Of a DNA stretch of 64,000 nt, positions 1 through 13,199 are shown piece after piece. Positions within the stretch are counted from its first letter, which is position 1, and every line of letters starts with the position of its first letter. Source of the stretch: Macrostomum lignano (lineage: Eukaryota); assembly GCA_002269645.1 (NCBI GenBank), contig NIVC01001174.1, positions 75,087 through 139,086 on the forward strand, written 5' to 3'. Under the pieces are notes generated by a model that saw only the letters and a program-made list of their open reading frames with translations, was not told where the DNA came from and made no database searches. The position numbers were made by a program, and so were the translations under genes.

Positions 1-2
1 GA

Positions 3-2726
3 GTGATTCAGAGCAGCATCAAGCAGCAGTTTGTTGATTCCCGTGGAATGCGATGGTCAAAGAAAAGTATTTCCGAATCTATCCAGCTGCACCACAAGAG
101 CCCAGCTGCCTACCGAATGCTGCGCAACAAGTGGAATTTTCCACTTCCATCCGAGTCATCGCTGAAGCGGCGAACCCGGCAGTTCTTTTCATCCCCTGGT
201 GTCTGCCAAAAAACGATCAAGCTGTTGCATGAAAAGCTTGCTAATGACCCCGAGCCACAGCGACTAGCAACTCTCTGCTTGGATGGCATGAGTTTATCAG
301 CCAGCATCCGCTACGACCATCATGGTGACCGAGTCGTAGGCTATGATGAACACTCTGCTGAGGACCTTGAGCAAAATCTTCAGAGACCCGTAAACGAAGC
401 AGTTGTTGCTGTTCTCCGTGGAATCTGGAGCAACTGGAAGCAACCAATTGCATACTATCAAGTACATAGAACCCTCGGTCAGCTTCGATTTAAGTCTGCG
501 ATAGACGAGTGCCTTCGCGCTGCCCATGAAGCTGGAGTTCGGGTTGTCGCACTGGTTGTTGACCAAGAAACTACACAATGGGCCTACCTCAGCAAACTGG
601 TGAGTTCAGTACTTTAATGATATAATCCCTTATAAATATTAAAGCATAGAGGAAATAATTCTCAAGTTTGGAAATATTAAAAAAATTATTTCGCACTAAA
701 AATTATATTGCTATTGTTTCGAGATTTAAAACTTCAAAATAAAAAAATCAATGCTTAATTTGTGCCAGTAAACGTTTTGATTACTTTAAGCCTTGCAACT
801 TTTTATTTGTTTAGGTAAATCCTGCGGCTCCATTTCTAAACCATCCTGTGACGCAAAAGCCCATATTTGTGATTATCGATGTCCCGCACTGCCTAAAGAA
901 TGCGCGCAATGCCCTCATGAAGAACAACATCATTTTCGATGGAGACAAGCAAGCAAGATGGCAAGACCTAGTCGACTTCTACGAAAGGGACAGCAGCCGA
1001 TCGCTTAGACTGGCGAGTCGGCTGAGCGATGCGCACTTCAACCTTCAATTGGGCCAGAAAATGAAGGTCTCCCTAGCCGCTCAGATCTTTAGTCACTCGG
1101 TTGCCAGCGGAATCAAGACACTAGTGCATCATCAAGAACTGCCTATCGATGCCTTGCAGACAGCAGATTTTGTGCAGAGAGTCAATGATGCATTCGACTT
1201 GTTGAATTCAACGCACATTTTCGACAAAGGATTTAAGCAGCCGATCACGCGAAATTCGCTTGCAGAGAAGATTGACGAGTTGCGCAGCGTCGAAGCCTTC
1301 ATCAGAAGCTGGCAGTTCCTTCCTAGCAGCGGAAAGTCGCTAAAGGCGACTATGAAATTCAAAGAAGCATTGATTCTGTCGACTTCTGCAATACGACAGC
1401 TCAGCACAGCGTTGATTCAAGATGAGCACTACGAGTTCGTGTGCACGCGAAGACTAACACAGGATCACGTTGAGGTGAGTTACCTTGATACTCGTACTTT
1501 AAATCAAACATTTTACAAATGTAAAAATAGTGTAATCACAGGTGCAGAGAGCAATAGTACTTAGCTGAAATATGTACTTCTAATATACCATATTGATGCA
1601 CGCACAGAGTCAGATGACTCATCAGTCACAGAATCAGATGACTCAAGTCACTGAATCAAATTCAATGAGATGCCACTGCTCAAGGGGGAATCAATGAGGA
1701 CTCACTGACTGACTGACTGACTGACTGACTGACTGACTGACTGACTGACTGACTGACTGACTGACTGACTGACTGACTGACTGACTGACTGACTGACTGA
1801 CTGACTGACTGACTGACTGACTGACTGACTGACTGACTGACTGACTGACTGACTGACTGACTGACTGACTGACTGACTGACTGACTGACTGACTGACTGA
1901 CTGACTGACTGACTGACTGACTGACTGACTGACTGACTGACTATCTAAAGTTGTAAATTTATTTAAAGTAAAATGCATGTATAAACTTGAATTACAGAAT
2001 CTGTTCTGCATCATCCGTGGCCGCAATGGCTTCAACGAAAAGCCTGAGATTGCAGCGTTTCTTGGGGCACTGCGATCTGTAGCTGCCAGTGGCCTCTCCC
2101 AGCCAGATTCTGCGGCCAGAAACTGCGAAGACGACGGCTGTGTAGCTGCAGTCACAGCAGACTGTGCAGCTGTTGAACTCAGCACGACCAGCACGTCTGC
2201 CGCGAGTGATTCAAAGGCTGATGATCGGGGTGATGCGACTATTTCCAAAATATTGATACAACAAGAGCAGCCGGCTCATGATTCAATTCTAGAAGAAGCG
2301 ACCGAGTATGTGGGCGGCTTTGTGCTCAATAAGAGTGGCGTCCTGGAATGCCAGAGCTGCAAGTTGGTTTTGACTGCTACGAATCCTACTGGAGTGCATC
2401 TACGGCATAAGACGCTGTCTCACGCGGTCTGTGGCCTAAAACTGCCTTCGCCAACTGCACTGCAAAGCTTTAACAAAATGGAAGCCATCTTCAGCGCTCA
2501 ATCAGCAGCCTTCATTGTGCAGCCGAAAGTTGCATTCCGAGTAAAACAAATATTTGTATCATCTGGAATTTCCTTCCCAGCTTGTGAAACGCATTTCGAA
2601 CAAGTGCAAGACCGTTTATTTAAAGCATTTTTGCGTCTGCGTTTACACCATTGGTGCCGATGTAGGATGCGCGCGGATGTCCATTCTAAGTACTCTGCAT
2701 TGCGAAAAGTCAAGAAATTTAACTAG
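3..2726 (+). CDS. P-element/THAP9-family DDE transposase, 5'-partial; exons <3-599, 815-1474, 1998-2726 (661 aa in window)
   Basis: Three ORF pieces join in phase 0 at GT-AG sites (CTG/GTGAGT at 600, TTTAG/ at 814, GAG/GTGAGT at 1475, TACAG/ at 1997). P-transposase motifs: LCLDGMS (D), VVDQE (D), DVPHCLKNARN, GQKMKVSLAAQIFSHSVA, RRLTQDHVE-NLFCIIRG (E). No internal stops. Confidence 0.9.
1704..1942. repeat. (GACT)n microsatellite in transposase intron 2
   Basis: Perfect tetranucleotide run seen directly. Confidence 0.98.
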
Positions 2727-5415
2727 ATATTTGCATTAACAATACTTTTTACATCGATGGTTTGCTGCTATTCCGGAATTTAGTTGGTTCTATATTTTTC
2801 TGACAAAATTCGTCTTGAAGAGAATTTTCGGCGCTTTCTATAGCATTTTTATTTTTTTGCCAGCGTCTATTTTGTACTTATTATGGTTTTTATCATCTAA
2901 GTATGCATTAAAATGTATGTATTAAAACGTATATATTAAAGTGAATTGCTCATTTTCATACATCTGCTACTGTTTGCTGTAATTTCTGTTTGTGCTATGT
3001 ATTCTCCTCACGATACTATCGCAAATATATCATACTCATCCTCCTAAAAAGGATAAAAAATATCTTTATCGATTTTTCCTTACCAAAATTACACATTTTA
3101 TGGAAAAAAATCGAAAAATGCCTATATTTCTACTGAACTGAAAGTAGAATGTTAGCGTATGTGCTGAGTGGCCTATCTAGTTATTATAGTATCTGTGGTT
3201 GGGACTGTCCCATCAAGTCCGTCCAACACTTCCAAAAAACTTACAATAGCAGCTCAAAAAAATACTCATTGGATTCAGCTCGACAGCCTCTTTTTGATGG
3301 TGCAACTCATTTTTAATAATTTTACTTTCTGAGTCCATAATTAAGCAAAAACTGGCGTCCCAATAATGAAAAATGATACAAAATTCGACCAAATCACTAT
3401 TGGGACACTGAAATGGCTAATCTGCTCCCGCATATTTTTATTGGTTTTTTCTCATATTTTTACTAATAGTAGATTTCAAGCGCATTCATTTGCTGCAGTC
3501 TTTGTTTCAAGACTTATATACATAGCATACATTAAATACATACATAGCAAAACATAGCAAAATACTTTTAAGGGTATTTTATTGTCAAAGGATGGTTCTG
3601 GATGGAGATAAACCTAAAGAAATGACAAGGGCTTACATGTACTTTTGACTGTGATGGGCATCAGTACTCTATACGAACTAAATTGTTAGGACAGTGTTGC
3701 AGTGTTGAATACAACAGCCCACTCTTGTTAGGACTCATGCTATTGACTGCTGCGCGCATTCGATATTCTATAAATTGTTGGGACTGTGTGCTAGAGTGTC
3801 GTTTACAAAAGCCCACTCATATTAGGACTTACCCCGTACATGTTAGGACTAAGCCCTACCCCCCTGTGTACATGGCTCCAATTTACCAGAGTCCCCTTGC
3901 TAGTTAAGTGTACATTTATTTTTTGGTCTATTATTGACGCCACCCCGCAAACGTACAGTAAACAAAATTGGCATGTACTCGCTATGCTGAAATCAATGGT
4001 CAACTCTGCCTCTGCCATGGCACCCGAGTCACCATGGTATGGAAAGGAACAGCATGGAATGGCACAGCGAGAAACATGTAAGTGGTATTAAAAAACTTTG
4101 TCGGAAACAAGAAGCATTTATATTTAAATGCTATAAAAAATACTGCTCCTGCTAAGCAGTACCTACCTTTACTTTAGGTATATCACCTTTGATCAACTGC
4201 CATGTGGCGCAATTGCCAAAGGATCCGTCGACTTTAACCGGTAGGCTGTAAAAGCTTTGAGTAAAACTTGACATTTCGTCTGAATCCATTAATATTCAAT
4301 AGCCTACGTGTCCAACCACAAATATTATAAGTTTTGTACTTTTAACTCTCAGATTGGGTCTTAGCAGATTCTATAGCTATGCATGCAAGGGCCCCTCAGA
4401 GGAGATACTTAAACACTGCAGTGCATTTTTCCTAGCAATTATTGGGACACGAAGTGTTGGGCCACTGTGTGTGTGTGTGTCTAGTTTTTTCCGCATTTGT
4501 TAAGTCACCTAAAGAACTCAATTAATAAAGGGCTCCAGAACAAATTGATGGGCAAACGGATGACACACTGCACAGAGACTTGTTGGGACATATTAAAAAC
4601 AGCTTATTTTAGAATGGGTACACTTTACTAAAGTAGAATGCTCCTACAGAAAGCTGCAAGCAAACTAGCATCTTCTGGAGCTGACATGCAGAGAAGAATG
4701 ATTTTGTCGTCCTTGAAATCACTAAATAGATATGCGAAATCGATCTTTTGCTAATCCCACCACAGGTTCCAGTGAAAAGAAGAAACGAAACCCATTGACT
4801 AAATTGGCAGTCGACTCAATCGATGCCGACTGCAACGGACCTGTCAGCTTCGAACTCAGGAGAGCAGCTAATTTATAATCTGCAAGCGTAATGCTGGATG
4901 CCAGAGTGCTCTAATAACGAGACTCCTGTTTTCTCACTCGACCGGAATTTGTTGTTCAATCTGCTTAACTAATCTCTGCGTTTCAGTTTTTCAGTCTCAC
5001 TGTCAATTTTAGGTTTTTTCCTAAGCGCAAGTGTAATTGAATTTTTTATTCATATTAGTCAGGCATATTGCGTACAGCATTATAGCGTATTAGTAAAGGT
5101 AAAGGTAAATAGACTGCTTGTAACTAGTTTTTCCTTCATGTGGATTGGCTTTAACGAAGCTTTTTGTATTTCAATTCGCTGGACTGAGGACAATATAGTT
5201 ACACGATGTTACGCTATTACTTCACTTTCAATAGATCATACTATTAGTATCGGACGTGCTTTTTTATTTCAATGTATGCTTTTTTTCATCATTTAAATGC
5301 TAAAAATACTTAATAGGTCATTGCACTGTGTGTATGTTTGTGGTTTCGTGTGTCAAAAAAAATTGCAAAATAAGTGCCCACCATTGTATACCGTACCAAC
5401 AAGTGCCCGGTGCGT

Positions 5416-5418
<3 letters not shown>

Positions 5419-5455
<37 letters not shown>
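5419..5455. repeat. (TG)n microsatellite
   Basis: Seen directly. Confidence 0.9.
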
Positions 5456-5457
<2 letters not shown>

Positions 5458-5516
5458 ATGGCAGGTTTTTACAGCCTAGGGTTTTGCTTTCCTAGTTCTC
5501 CCACTAAATTCCTCAC

Positions 5517-8500
5517 CTTGTTGTAGGCCAGGTCCGCGCAGGTCTGGCCAGCCTCGGTTTCTTCGCCGAGCTGCAGCCCAGCGCCAGTCAGGTAGCGAAT
5601 GTTGGCCGAGTGCCCAGCCTCGCAGGCCAGGTGCAGGCAGGTGGCGCCCTTCAGCGGCCCGCCGGTCGGCATCCTGGCGGACATCTCCATTTTTTCTCCC
5701 GCTATCTTCAGCAGGGAATCCTGCAGCTTGGCCAGGTCGTATTTCGATGCGAACAGGTGAATGGCGTGCAAACCCTCGGAGTTGGTCAGCAACGGTCTGT
5801 ACTTCTCAGGCTGGCCGGCCATTTTCTGAAGAATGCCGAGCAGCATTGAGTCGCTGATTTCAGAGGCCATCAGACAGTTGCGCTTGTCGGAGTTCTCGGC
5901 AGTCAACGATATGCCGCCCTCCGTTTGAAAGCGTTCAAATTCAACAAAGAAGTTTTCGACGTCAAAGTCTCGCGACCAGAATTCCTGGCGCACTTTGAGC
6001 AGAGCGTGCAGCAGAGTGTTGCCTTTCTGATCCATGCAAGCCTGCCGTTTTGGCTTTATAAAGTCGGCAGACAAGAAGTCGAAGTTCTTCAGCAGGCAGG
6101 CTATGAATACCGGGTTGCGACCCTGGCGAGATAAGGCGAAATCAAAATAGGCTACTGCAAGTAGTACTGAATGAAAATTACGCTTGTAGTTGTAATTTTT
6201 GCTACCAGAGTGGCTAAATCTAGTCTTATTGTAAATAAAATATTTTTTCGCTGCACGAAAATGTGCGCGATTGTTCAGACCCATTGCATCCACTGCACTA
6301 GCTCGCCGCTACGTTTTCCGAAAATCAAAACCTCAATAGTTCCACCTGAGGAATCCGGCAGGGTCTGACAGTAGATACGAGCTACAACGGGACTTATATT
6401 TTCTTGATGAAAGGTTCAAAATACATGTAAGAATATTTATAAGTCAGTAGAGTTGACGAGAAGATGCTACGAGCGTACTTGCATTAGTCAGCTTCTTTGC
6501 TTGTGGTTTGAGTCTCCGTTAGTAAATTGCCTAGTTTTTAGCAGTTTCTATAATCATTAACTCGGTCCCCAGGATTTGTTTAGATGCAGATATTGCAGGA
6601 TTTCCGCCATAGTAGCCTCATTAGGAGCCCATAAGGGGTTTTTTCAGACATTAACGTTTACCTTCTGGTCTCCTAAACAAATAGTAGGTAAGAACAGATG
6701 TCTATGTAAGCTAAAAATGAAGATCAAAGCCTCACCTCATGATCAATGGATCCCTCTATAGCCGCTGACGGAGTGTAAAACCCGAGCGCATCAGCAGCAG
6801 CTCGGAAGTACATCTCTCCGTAGTATCGGTTCGCGGCGCAGTAGTGCAGACAGTTCCGACCTTCGTCGTCTGCCGAGCTGAGCGTCACGCGCAAACTGCT
6901 CGCCTCCTCGCTTAGCAACCAGAGAAAGGCGCTCTCCTGACCCTCTGGCAGACGTGTCTCGTTGGCAGCCGCGCAGTGAACGGCGGTGCGACCTTCGGCA
7001 TCGCGCCAAGTGAAGCACTCGTCGCCAAGACGGTTTCGAATGGACCGAAGGCAATCCGCACCCTGTTATTCATAATGATAATAATAACTGATTGCATCTG
7101 CCTCAATTGAGCCGGATGTGCAACCGACAGCTCAGCCGCAACTATTGCGCGACGCATTTGAAGGCTGCGTACGGCTGTTCAGTCCAAGGACTGGGGGGTC
7201 GCCACACACCCTCAATTGCCCCAGCTAATGCTGGCACCCATTTTACAGCTGGGTGCACTGAAGCAATGCAGAGTTATGTGTCTTGCTCAAGAACACAAAT
7301 TGTTTCGAGTGCGATTGGGAATCGAACCCCCGACCTTTCAGTTGTTATTCCGACGCTCTAACGACTGGGTGGCTACCTCCTCAGTTGTTCAACAAGTTCG
7401 TAGCAAAGATTCATTTGAATAAAACTGTATCAGGAATGCTTTTGCCTGCCTGTCGCCATCAGTCAGCCTGCCGCCTTATACTACAAAAAAGGTGCTTCTA
7501 AGGTGACCTGTTGAATACGTAGATATAGAAAGAGTTCTACGATCGATAAAGTTTAATTTAAGGTATAATTGACTCCGCATCACTGATTGCTCATGGAAAA
7601 GCGGTTTTTTCTGGCAATAAAGCAGTAAAATTCTGCTAACGAGTGGGTAAAAATGTCAATAAATATAGTCGAAATTCACCTGAAACCAAGCCGCCAGATG
7701 AATTGGGGAATTTTTCTTCTCGTCCCTCTCTTTGAGACAGTCAGGAGTCAGCTGCTTGACGAACCAGTCCAGCGCGTCAGGAGAGTTTCGATTTTTGGCC
7801 GCGTACATCACGGCAGTCCGGCCGAGGAAGCCCTTTCGCAGGAAGCCGTCCAGTTTGCCCAGTTGCTTCTTCGCCCTCTCCAGCAGCTGCACGCTTCGCT
7901 TCTCGGCGCACGCGTGCAAAGCGTTCGTGTTGCTGATGTTGCCCAAGATGAAGATCTCCTTTGGCAGGTTGTTCAGGTGGAGCATCCATTTGAATGTCGT
8001 CTCGTTTGGATTGTGCGCTGCGTAATACGCCACGGATCGTTTCGAGTCGTCTAGAGCTTTGAAGCAGTCTTCTCCACAGAGTCTCTTCATCAACTGCATC
8101 GCGCTGCTGTCCAGCTTCCAGGCGGCGAGATGAACCGGTGTAGCACCCGATCGAGTCCTGCTAGTCATGTACTCAACTCCGAATGAATCCGCCAGTATTT
8201 CGAATGTCTTGCACACAACAGCTGGGTCCTTTGTGCTATCGACTGCCGCCATGTGAGCAAGATTCCAGCCCTGCTCAGGGTCAGTCTCATCAGCTAAAGT
8301 GCGTTCTCCTTGTCCTTTTCCTTTTCGTACTTTGCTGTGATTCTTTACTGAAACGCCTGTTCTGGGCGGCAGCAGCCGTTCCAGTGCGTTGTTGTCCCCA
8401 TCGGCAATGCATTGAACTGCCCGATTGAAAAGTTCTTTCAGATCTGCGTCTTCTGGCTTTGGCGAAATCTGAACTGACGCCGAACCGCTCGCGCCTCGAC

Positions 8501-8591
8501 GCAGTGATTCCGAGTCCACGAGGGTGCCCCCGTAAGGATTTGTGGCAACAAATGACGCCGTGGTTTCTGCTTTAATTGTGGTTCCGGTCAT
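5517..8591 (-). CDS. Ankyrin-repeat protein; exons 8591-7680, 7062-6736, 6122-5517 (donor AAG/GTGAGG) or running to the stop at 5469; 3' end unresolved
   Basis: Repeated ankyrin-like motifs (GWNLAHMAA, GATPVHLAA, GRTAVMYAA, NSPIHLAA, GRTAVHCAA, GRNCLHYCA, GNTLLHAL, GATCLHLAC). Phase-0 GT-AG junctions; the exon 2/3 junction rebuilds an ankyrin motif (IDHE/GRNPVFIAC). Confidence 0.8.
7150..7380 (-). mobile_element. tRNA-derived SINE in ankyrin gene intron 1
   Basis: Minus strand shows a tRNA-like head with B-box GGTTCGATTCCC, then GTGTTCTTGAGCAAGACAC...CCCAGCTGTAAAATGGGT, resembling the conserved central domains of metazoan SINEs. Boundaries approximate. Confidence 0.65.
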
Positions 8592-9889
8592 GCAATAAAT
8601 TTAATTTTTTAAACATTGATAAACATTAAAAACGTTTTGACTTTTAAATGTGTATGAACGGTTACTCTGTTAGCGCTTTATTCTTATACGCTCGTCCTTT
8701 GCTTTAAAAAATTATAGATAAATTTTCTGGACGTACAGTGTTTACAGAATTGAAGAACTATCATTAATATATTTCACTAAGTGAAGTGATGAAGATTTGT
8801 TGTGATGTTTCGCTATGTAGGAGTATAATTCTAGGCTTAATTCATTAATATTGTGATTGTCTTGTGCTGATAAAACTTAAAAAATCGACAAGGTTTTGAG
8901 TCTTCGTAGTAGAGTTTCGCTCTACTACAAAGTAACTTTGGCCATTTAATTATTTTTTGAAGTTTTTGATTCGAGTAATTCTACATGCTATTAATACTCA
9001 GCTCAAAATTAAAGGCGAAAAGATGGAATCGATCTAAAACGGCCAAAAAAATAAAAATATTAGGACGCGGTTTTAATGCATAGAATTAATGCAAAAGAAA
9101 TAATATTAAAATATAAAATTTAACTATATACTAATTTAATGCACCAATTGAAATTTGAATTATATCTATCATAAAATTTTACTGAACAGAAAACAGAAAA
9201 TAAACGAAGAAGATTTTTCTCTGACAAGAAGAGGACTATTTAAAATATTGTTTTTAAGTTTCTATTAAATTTTTCTTTACTTTTTTGTCAGTCTAAAACC
9301 TGTTTATGTAATCATTTATTATAACTCGTATGCGAATCCTGATTAGTAAAAATGATTGTGTTACTGTATATAAAGTTTTTAACATTTTAAATTCTAGTCA
9401 CTTTCCTGCATACTGATATAAATAGCACTTTTCGGTCATCATTAGCATGTGCAGATCGTTGATATATTATGGTCTAGACGATTATATAAGTATACCGAAA
9501 ATCATCAACTAGGCTCCAAGTTAAATTCCGATATTTACATTAGCTGCATAAAGCATCCTTTTATTGACAAATTGATGCATTTTTTTGTTTTAAAAGTTAT
9601 TTTAGAATAGGGGCAACTTTAAAACATTACCGATGTTTTAAAAAAGAATAATCAACAACCAATTTTTGTTTTTTTTCGTGCTATTAAGAAATAAGTTACG
9701 CAGTGAAAAATTTTACAATTTGCTGTTGAAATTTCCGTATTCAAAAACAGTTTTTTACAATGGCTTGCATGGATTTCAAATTATAAAAATTTTAAATGCA
9801 ATACTGCTGGATCTAGGAGGCGAAAGGCATGGGTCGGAGTCTAAAAGGACTACATGTATATAGTCTGCACTAAATTGTATGTAATTCTC

Positions 9890-10365
9890 GGACCTACGCA
9901 AAACCGCGTTCAGGTCTCCAAGGACGACCACTGTGTCACGCTGCGCCGTCTCCTCCACCTGCATCAAGAACTGGCTCGAAGTAGACTTGAGGTCAGGTGG
10001 CAGGAAGCTCGTATGCGCAGAACCGAGCATTCCGGCCGCGAAGCCGGACGTCGACCCGAAGCAGCCGGTCAGACAGGAAGATGCAGCGACAGCTCTGCTG
10101 CAGCTTCGGTCCAGTCAGCGCTCCAACTCCTCCACGGCCTCGTTGGACCGCCGACGTGTACCAGAGGGTCCAAGGTCCTCTCAATGAATTCCCGGGTCGG
10201 CCCTGAAGGTACTGTGCGCACCCCTTCCAGCAAGATGATATATCAAGGACCACTAGAAGTTACAACGGTCCTTTGATGACATCATCGCATCTAATGTCGA
10301 GCGCAACAAGCTGCGCTAGGGCGGTCCTCTCTGCCAGGCGGCAGTTCAGCGTCCCGACTTGGTTT
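9890..10365 (-). mobile_element. Degenerate non-LTR retrotransposon APE-endonuclease fragment
   Basis: Frameshifted minus-strand pieces read VGTLNCR, WTLWYTS..RGRGGVG, SDRLLRVDVRL..RFCAY and DTVVVLGDLNA, the ordered motifs of LINE endonuclease domains. Confidence 0.7.
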
Positions 10366-11073
10366 TGTCGCTGTTCATGGCAGCAGTTAAGCGCGGCTCT
10401 CCGACATGACTACACCACGGGGAGGTCGCAGCATATCCGCTCGTATTTGCATCGAGATGCAAATATAAGTCGTGCAAATATACATGTAATAACAAACGTT
10501 AAACTAAAAAAATAATATCTATCGATCGTAATTAAACGCATGGAGAATGCACAAGTACATGCTGCAGTACATAAGTATTTTTAGTGAAATAACAGCAAAT
10601 ATGCAACTTGTAAAATCCATACATGTATGCATCTGCGTCAGCTGACCAAGTCCAAGATATGCCAGCCATTGCCAAATGGTATCCAAAATACATGTACACG
10701 GCGCAAATGCATGTTTTTTAATAAATCTTGACGAAATTAAATAAGAGGCCTGTCGTCCGCTTGAAATTAATCAAGATTCGCATCGCGCATCTGGGTGCAT
10801 ATGTGACACACCTGCTTGTAACAATCCCTTTACATATGTTAGTTTGTCGGTGCATTTCAGGGTCATTTTCATACCCGCCTGCATGATATGTATACCATAG
10901 GTGTATTTATACAATTTTGCGGCTGAATGCATTGGCTACGAGTGCTTGTTTATAACATTTAACGAAATCTTTAATTGTTAGCAGCTTTGCAGTCATTCGC
11001 AGATTAGCACCAGTAACTAACTTGTACAAAACCAACTGACAGCATTTAAGCTGCATGTCAGAATCTCTCCCAG

Positions 11074-12283
11074 ATGTCCGAGCGTCGAGCGATAAAGTGC
11101 GTTGCAGTCGGCGACGGAGCCGTGGGAAAAACCAGCCTGCTGATCTCCTACAGCACCGGCCAGTTCCCCAGCGATTACGTGCCCACCGTGTTCGAGTCGT
11201 ACGCCGTTGACGTTGACATCGGCGGCCGGACCTGGACGCTGGGCCTGTTTGACACGGCTGGGCAGGAGGGCTTCGATCACGTAGGTTTCTAGGATTGCTA
11301 ATTCTGGTGCTGTGCTGGCGCCTGTGGTGCTGGCGCCTGTGGTGCTGGCGCCTCTGGTGCTGGCGCCTCTGGTGCTGGCGCCTCTGGTGCTGGCGCCTCT
11401 GGTGCTGGCGCCTCTGGTGCTGGCGCCTCTGGTAGTTTCTCTCGTCTCTTTGTTTTTGTTAGCTACCTGTACATGCACCCGCCACTGCAGAAACTGTCAC
11501 CAGTCACGTGACTTTAACACAATTAGCTTTCTTTACATGTAGCACTGAGTTCGTAAATAGTCGAATGTGTAAGCCTAGCAAACTGCTGATAACCCCCCCC
11601 CTCTAGGTGCGCACTCTCTCCTACCACAAAACGGACGTCTTCCTGGTTTGCTTCTCACTCGTCAATGACGCTTCGTATCACAACGTTCGCGAGCTCTGGG
11701 TGCGCGACATCCGACGCAATTCGCCACGCTGCCCCATCGTGCTGGTTGGCACGCAGCTGGATCTTCGCTCGGCCTCCGACCGGCCGGTGGTCACCCACGA
11801 GATGGGACGCCGGCTTGGCTGTCGGATTAAGGCTGCCAAATATGTGGAGTGCTCCGCAATGACTGGGGTGAGTTGCGCTTCTGGTCTACGACGCTTGCTA
11901 GCCTGTTACTAGCTAGCCTGGCATTAGCTAGCCTGGCATTAGCTAGCCTGGCATTAGCTAGCCTGGCATTAGCTAGCCTGGCATTAGCTAGCCTGGCATT
12001 AGCTAGCCTGGCATTAGCTAGCCTGTCATTAGTGCCTTGTGTGCACTGTGATTGATTGCTTTGAATACACTTAGGCTAAGTGCTTTGCATGCCAACGCTA
12101 CCCACATGAAATTCCGTATAAGCTGCTATAGATTGCTTTATTAACAATGAAAATACTTCTGCTCACCCGCAATGATCGTACAAACCACCGCAGGAGAACG
12201 TGAACACGGTGTTTCAAGAGGTGATCCTGGCTGCCACTCAACACAACCGCAGCAAGTTGAACAGTGCGTGCGACCTGCTCTGA
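11074..12283 (+). CDS. Rho-family small GTPase, Cdc42/RhoJ/RhoQ-like, 185 aa; exons 11074-11280, 11607-11867, 12194-12283
   Basis: [33 protein letters not shown] and C-terminal CaaX CDLL. All junctions are GT-AG phase 0; stop TGA at 12281-12283. Confidence 0.93.
11304..11433. repeat. 15-bp minisatellite (CTGGTGCTGGCGCCT)n in Rho GTPase intron 1
   Basis: Tandem copies seen directly. Confidence 0.95.
11897..12032. repeat. 15-bp minisatellite (TAGCTAGCCTGGCAT)n in Rho GTPase intron 2
   Basis: Tandem copies seen directly. Confidence 0.95.
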
Positions 12284-13199
12284 CTGATTTGTTTGAAGTG
12301 TCGAAATGTTTAGAGACAAAAATTTTTGTCAATCGGTTAAGCCACATAAGTACTGCTTAAGTTTCTAAGGATTAAATTACATGTAGGTAGCCATAGTAAC
12401 TAACATGCCATGCTTACAGGTTCGACTACAAGTGACATTTTCAGTTTGTACAGCGAGGCTTCAATGATTCATCGAAATTTTACATGCAATATAGATTTTT
12501 GCAGTCAGTTTGAGCTTAAGATTAAGTCTTTACTCACCAGTAGCTTTTGGGCCTTAGACTAAGGGCAGCAGTTGTATTGAATGAAGCGTTCTGCCACTCT
12601 GGATTAAGTCAAACTGACTGCGTTGTAAAGTGTTTTTAATTTAAATAAGCAGCACACACTTATCTCTTCTGTTTCAAAAAAGTTTCTATTTGGCTTAAGC
12701 TGGTTTGAGATGGTTGGCTCAACTACCTTTTTTCTATCGATATTAAATAAGATGGAAAGCCTTTATTTAACAGTATGACTGGTAGTCTAGAAAAATTGAC
12801 AAGTCAATTCATATTTGCAGACGAAAAGAGGTGAGTAAACGATAACACATAGGCAAACCTTTTTATTGATAAGTCGCGTACGTATGACAGGGCAGGTGCA
12901 AATAAAACATTGAATCAATTAAATTTGGGATTAAAAGCATGCACAAATGTGCAAGTACGAAGCTGAATATGAAAGGGCATAGAAAGAGCGCACGAAGTAA
13001 AAGAGAGAGAGATAAGTGCAGCATGCAATGGCTGAGCATAAGCTACAAACACTAACCCTGCTCCCCTCAGAAGAAAGACTTTGTTTAATCTTTGTAACAA
13101 ATTGGCTTGCGTGGCCACAAAACATATGAGCTATGACACTCAGCACAGTTATCACCTGGACTCGGCTCAGAGCTGCAGCCAGCACCACCCGGTCCGCTC

